From contig CAVYGB010000008.1 of assembly GCA_963767925.1 (NCBI GenBank), positions 2,112,001 through 2,176,000 on the forward strand: a stretch of 64,000 nt of DNA. The letters are read 5' to 3'. Of this stretch, positions 59,788 to 64,000 are shown piece after piece. Origin of the DNA: an uncultured delta proteobacterium. Its GTDB lineage: Bacteria > Myxococcota_A > Polyangia > Fen-1088. The notes beneath the pieces were generated by a model. That model was not told the origin of the DNA. It worked only from the letters and a program-made list of their open reading frames with translations, and made no database searches. Each line of letters begins with the position of its first letter. Within the stretch, counting starts at the first letter, position 1. Position numbers and translations under genes: made by a program.

Positions 59788-62187
59788 GTCGCGCCCAGGT
59801 GGCCGCGCTGGGCGGGGCCCTCACCCTGCTCGGTTGCGCCGGAGCGAGCAGCGAGCGGGTTCCGGCTCGCCCGGAGCCGAGCCCCGACACCGTGGCGGTG
59901 GGGGCCGGCCGCTACACCACCGCGCGGCTGGCCGGGGAGAAGCCGCCCTCCAACCAGCAGGGCCGGCCGGTCGAGCCCAAGGTCAGCCCCGCCTTCACCG
60001 CGGGCAAGGCCGTCCCGACCTCCAACGACTGGTGGTCCTCGCTGATCTGGCAGTTCGACCGGGGCGGCAAGCCCAACCCCTACTCCGAGCCGCTGTTTGC
60101 CCACCCGCTCCACCTGCAGGCGCTGCCCGAGGGCCTCGGGCTGGGCTCGGCGGGCAAGCCCCAGGTCGCCTCCCGCACCTTCTTCTTTCCCTACGTCCAA
60201 GATCTGCGGGTGGGGATCGACGGCCTGGTGGCCCCTGCCGCCCGGGTCAGCGGGTACACCGACTGGACCGTGACGGCCGAGTGGAGCGCCGGCACCCCGG
60301 CGCGGGCCCTCACCGCCACCTTTGGCCACGGCCTGCCCTTCGCTTACTTCGAGGCCACCGGCGGGCCGGCGCTGATCGAGCTGGACGAGCAGGCCGAGGT
60401 GGCCGTGTTCGCCGAGACGCCCGGATCGCTGGGCATCACCGTGGCCGGGCGGCCCTACGGCCTGTTCGTCCCCAGCGGGGCCACCTGGACCCGCGAGCCG
60501 GGTAACCGCCGCTTCCGCAGCGATCTGCGCGGACGGGCAGCCCGCGGCGTCTTCTCGGTGGCGGTGTTGCCCGACGCGGTCCCCGCGACCCTGGCCCGGT
60601 TTCGCCGGCACGCCTTCGCCTTCGTCACCGGCGCGCGGGTCTCCTGGCGCTACGACGCCGCCCGGGCCGAGCTGCGGAGCACCTTCGACGTGGCGACCGC
60701 CCCGCGGGACCCTGCGACCGAGGGTGGCGACACGCCCCTGCTGGCCCTCTACCCCCACCAGTGGAAGAACCTCGGCAGCGAGGCCGGGCCGGCCTCCTAC
60801 CCCTCGCCCCGGGGCGCGATGAAGCTGCTGGCGACCGCGAGCTTCACCACCCGCCTGCCCTTTCGGCGGGGTGCTCCCGGTTTTGCCCCGGCCGCCCGAG
60901 GGCGCCTTCGAGGCCTCCGACCTGGCGGGCCAGGTGCGCGCCGCCGCCCGGGGCGAGCTGTTTCCCAGCGGCCTCGACGGCACCCGGGGGACCTACTGGA
61001 TCGGCAAGTCGCTGCAGCGGGTCGCCCTGCTGGCCTGGCTGGCCGAGCAGGTGGGCGAGACAGCGGTGCGCGCGCGGCTCGTCTCTGCGCTGCAGGGGGT
61101 CCTCGAGGACTGGTTCGACGGCGCCGCCCCGAACCTCTTCTACTACGACCGCACCTGGGCCACGCTCATCGGCCTGCCCTCCGAGTACCGCTCGGGCTGG
61201 GAGATGAACGACCACCACTTCCACTACGGCCAGATCATCTTCGCCGCCGCCACCGTGGCCCGCTTCGATCCGGCCTGGGCGCAGCGACACCCGCTGGGGG
61301 GGCATGGTCGAGCTGCTGATCAAGGACTGCGCCAATCCCGACCGGAGCGACGACCGCTTCGCGTTCTTGCGCAACTTCGACGCCTACGCCGGGCACTCCT
61401 GGGCCAACGGCCCGGCGCTGTTCCCCGAGGGCAACAACGAGGAGTCCTCCTCGGAGGACGTCAACTTCGCCAACGGCGTCCTGCTGTGGGGGACCTTCAC
61501 CGGACAGGCCGTGTGGCGCGACCTGGGCATCTTTCTGCACACCAAGCTCGTCGCCGCCATCGAGCAATACTGGTTCGACGTCGACGGGGACAACTTCCCG
61601 CCGGACTTCTCCCGCCCGACGGTCGGCATGGTCTGGGGCAGCGGCGGCAAATACGACACCTGGTGGGACCGCAACCCCATCTACGTGCACGGGATCAACT
61701 TCCTGCCCTTCACCGGCGGGTCGCTCTACCTCGGCCGGCGGCCCGAATACGTGCGGCGCAACTACCAGGCCCTGTTCGACGCCAACCGGGGCGAGCCGCG
61801 GCTGTGGCGCGAGATCATCTGGATGTTCCAGGCGCTCGGCGATCCGAAGACCGGCCCTCGCCCAGTACGAGAAGAACCCCCACTTCGAGCCGGAGTTCGG
61901 GGTGAGCCGGGCCTACGTCTACCAGTGGCTGCACGCGCTGGCGCAGCTACGGCCAGGTCGACGCCACCGTGACCGCCGACAGCCCGACCTACGCCGTGCT
62001 CCGCCAGGGCAACACCCGCCACCACGTGGCCCTCAACCCGGGTGCCCGGGACCTGCAGGTCCGCTTCTCGGACGGCACGTTCGTGGACCTGGGCCCCCAC
62101 GAGCAGAAGGTCGTGAGCACCCCCATCGCCCCGGCCACGGCCGCCGCGACCGCCGCTCCGACGGCCGCCCCGACGGCTGGCCGATGA
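59784..62187 (+). CDS. GH81 endo-1,3-beta-glucanase lipoprotein (four apparent frameshifts)
   Basis: Lipobox LLGC; SNDWWSSL, MNDHHFHYG, FLRNFD.YAGHSWANG, GNNEESSSE, HGINFLP; shifts at about 60862, 61290, 61853, 61950. Confidence 0.88.
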
Positions 62188-63003
62188 CGGCGTCGACCTC
62201 GAGCCGCTTCGCCGTCCTTCTGGCGCTGGCCCTCGGCGCCCTCGCCTGCGGAGAGGACGCCGGGGGGGCGACCACCTGGCGGCTGGTCTGGGGCGACGAG
62301 TTCGACGGCCCGGCCGGCAGCCCTCCCGATCCGGGGCGCTGGACCCGGGAGGTGGGCGGCCACGGCTGGGGCAACCAGGAGCTGCAGCACTACACCGCCC
62401 GTCGGGAGAACGTCGCCCTCGACGGCGCCGGCACCCTCGTCATCACCGCCCGCCGGGAGCCGATGGGCACGCGCGCCTTCACCTCGGCGCGCCTGTCGTC
62501 ACGGGGGAGATTCGAGCAGCGCTACGGCCGCTTCGAGGCCCGCCTGAAGCTGCCCGGCGGGCAAGGGCTTCTGGCCCGCGTTCTGGATGCTGGGCGGTGA
62601 CATCGGCGAAGTCGGCTGGCCAGCCTGCGGGGAGATCGACGTGGTCGAGTCCCGGGGCGCGCAGCCCTGGCGCGTGTCGGGGGCCCTGCACGGCCCCGGG
62701 TACTCGGGCGGCAACGCCCTGGTCGGCGCCTTCGAGAGGCCGGACAAGCTCCCCCTGTCGGACGACTTTCACGTCTACGCCGTCGAGTGGGAGGAGCGCG
62801 TGATCCGCTTCTTCGTCGACGATCAACTCTACCACGAGGTCCGCCGGACCCGCCTGCCGCCCGCCACCACCTGGCCCTACGATCAGCCCTTCTTCGTGCT
62901 GCTCAACCTGGCAGTGGGCGGCACCTTCGGCGGCCCGCCCGACGACGGCACCCCGTTTCCCCAGACCCTCGTCGCCGACTGGGTGCGGGTGCACACCCGC
63001 TGA
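62184..63003 (+). CDS. GH16 laminarinase-type beta-glucanase lipoprotein (one frameshift at about 62570)
   Basis: Lipobox ALAC; LVWGDEFDG, GWGNQELQ.Y, FTSARL, YGRFEAR, (W)PAFWMLG, GEIDVVE catalytic motif, FHVYAVEW, LNLAVGG. Confidence 0.9.
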
Positions 63004-63007
63004 TCGC

Positions 63008-64000
63008 TCAGCGGCCCTTGCCGCGTTCGCGCCGCGCGGACCGGGCCTTCGCCGCGCCGGACGCGGCCGAGGCCGTGGTCAGCTTCCCGGGGGCCTGCGA
63101 GCCGTCGGCCGACGGCCGGGCCCGGATCATCATGATGTTCGGAGAGGTGGGCTTCCCGTTGACCGCCGCCACCTCCCCCTTGGGCCCCCGCGCCTCCACG
63201 TAATACTGGAGCATCCGGCCCGTGACCTGGGCCGCCGGGATGGCGGCCACGTACCAGCCCTTCTTCGATCGCTCCATCAGCAGCGAGTTGTAGTGGAGGG
63301 CGCCGCTCGGCCGGTAATAGAGGGCCAGCTCCTTGGCCTTCACCTGACTCTGAGCCGCGCAATGGACGAAGACGTCGACGCCCGGAGACCATTCGGCCTC
63401 GGTGGGACAGAACACCGGCTGGGGGACGCTGGTGGGCAGGACGGGACCCTCTCGCAGCTTGTCGCGGCTGAGCTTGTCCTGGCTGACACGCTCCTGACGC
63501 TCCCGGTCCTGGGTCTGGATCTGCTCCCGGCTCTCGCGCTCCTTCTTCTCCCGGTCCCGCAGCTCGGCGAGCTGCTTTTCCAGGTCCTGATTGGCCCGCT
63601 GCAGCCGGTCCTTCTCGTCGCGCTCCTTCTTCTCCCGGTCGCGGGCCTCGGCGAGCTGCTTCTCCAGCTCTTGCTTCTGCTTCTCCACCTGCTCCCGCAG
63701 GTCCCGCTCGCGCCGCTCCCGGTCCTGCAGCACGGCGAGGTCCTTGCCCAGCTTCTCGCGCTCGACCCGCGCCTTCTGCTCTCTCTCCTGGTTCTGCCGC
63801 TCCTGCTCGCGGAGGATTGTCGCGGTCTGCTTCTCCCGGGCCCGGGCCTCGGCCGCCGCCGCTTGCGCCCGGGGATCGACCGCCGGTGCGGGCGCTGCCG
63901 CGCCTTGCCGGGCCCGCTGCAAGGCCCGCTCGACGGTGGGCGTGGCCAGCGGTCCGCTGGCCCGGATGTCGGGCTGGATCCGCAGCGCCAGGCCGAAATA
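63008..64000 (-). CDS. Coiled-coil protein with C-terminal Ig-like domain; 5' part outside the window
   Basis: Charged heptad region; C-terminal LYYRPSG..Y..IPA..LQYYVEAR. Confidence 0.65.
   Translation of the reverse strand, partial: YFGLALRIQPDIRASGPLATPTVERALQRARQGAAAPAPAVDPRAQAAAAEARAREKQTATILREQERQNQEREQKARVEREKLGKDLAVLQDRERRERDLREQVEKQKQELEKQLAEARDREKKERDEKDRLQRANQDLEKQLAELRDREKKERESREQIQTQDRERQERVSQDKLSRDKLREGPVLPTSVPQPVFCPTEAEWSPGVDVFVHCAAQSQVKAKELALYYRPSGALHYNSLLMERSKKGWYVAAIPAAQVTGRMLQYYVEARGPKGEVAAVNGKPTSPNIMMIRARPSADGSQAPGKLTTASAASGAAKARSARRERGKGR
63535..63760 (-). repeat. About three degenerate 84-bp (28-aa) intragenic tandem repeats
   Basis: LEKQLAEARDREKKER / LEKQLAELRDREKKER / LGKDLAVLQDRERRER; DNA units start at 63541 and 63625. 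Confidence 0.7.

Noticed and set aside
61285..61305. G-run in GH81 as a phase-variation or programmed frameshift site
   Set aside because: Short run and only one of several scattered indels; sequencing error is simpler.
63535..63760. Regularly spaced repeats as a possible CRISPR array
   Set aside because: In-frame 84-bp coding repeats of a coiled coil; no unique spacers or cas genes.

Overview
GC-rich bacterial window; gene content (DUF1592/DUF1552 pair, ECF/FecR-TPR cassette, AgmU/GltD-like remnant) suggests a myxobacterium (inference). Left part (1-28 kb): a decaying stress/envelope region with frameshifted treY, two USP genes, a YbdK ligase, nhaA, ftsH, two two-component systems, sigma54-type promoters, HTTM genes with partners, a membrane sulfatase-like transferase, an IS3 remnant, a 165-bp MITE and several gene scraps. 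Middle (28-43.5 kb): DUF1592/DUF1552/beta-propeller operon, a sugar-dehydrogenase-cytochrome c fusion, copA, an SCP-x thiolase and an FAD/Rieske oxidoreductase. Right part (43.6-63 kb), the main finding: a divergent beta-1,3-glucan locus with a GH149-type phosphorylase, GPH-family MFS transporter, clan GH-A hydrolase, GH81, GH16 and a 16-Cys thaumatin lipoprotein. It has no SusC/SusD or TonB-dependent receptor. It instead carries an unassigned TPR/beta-barrel-like protein, three copies of an uncharacterised beta-sandwich domain, and an ECF/anti-sigma cassette with a candidate promoter (GGAAG-N17-CCTC) at three sites. All family calls come from motif recognition by eye; no searches were run. 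No rRNA, tRNA or CRISPR array was seen.
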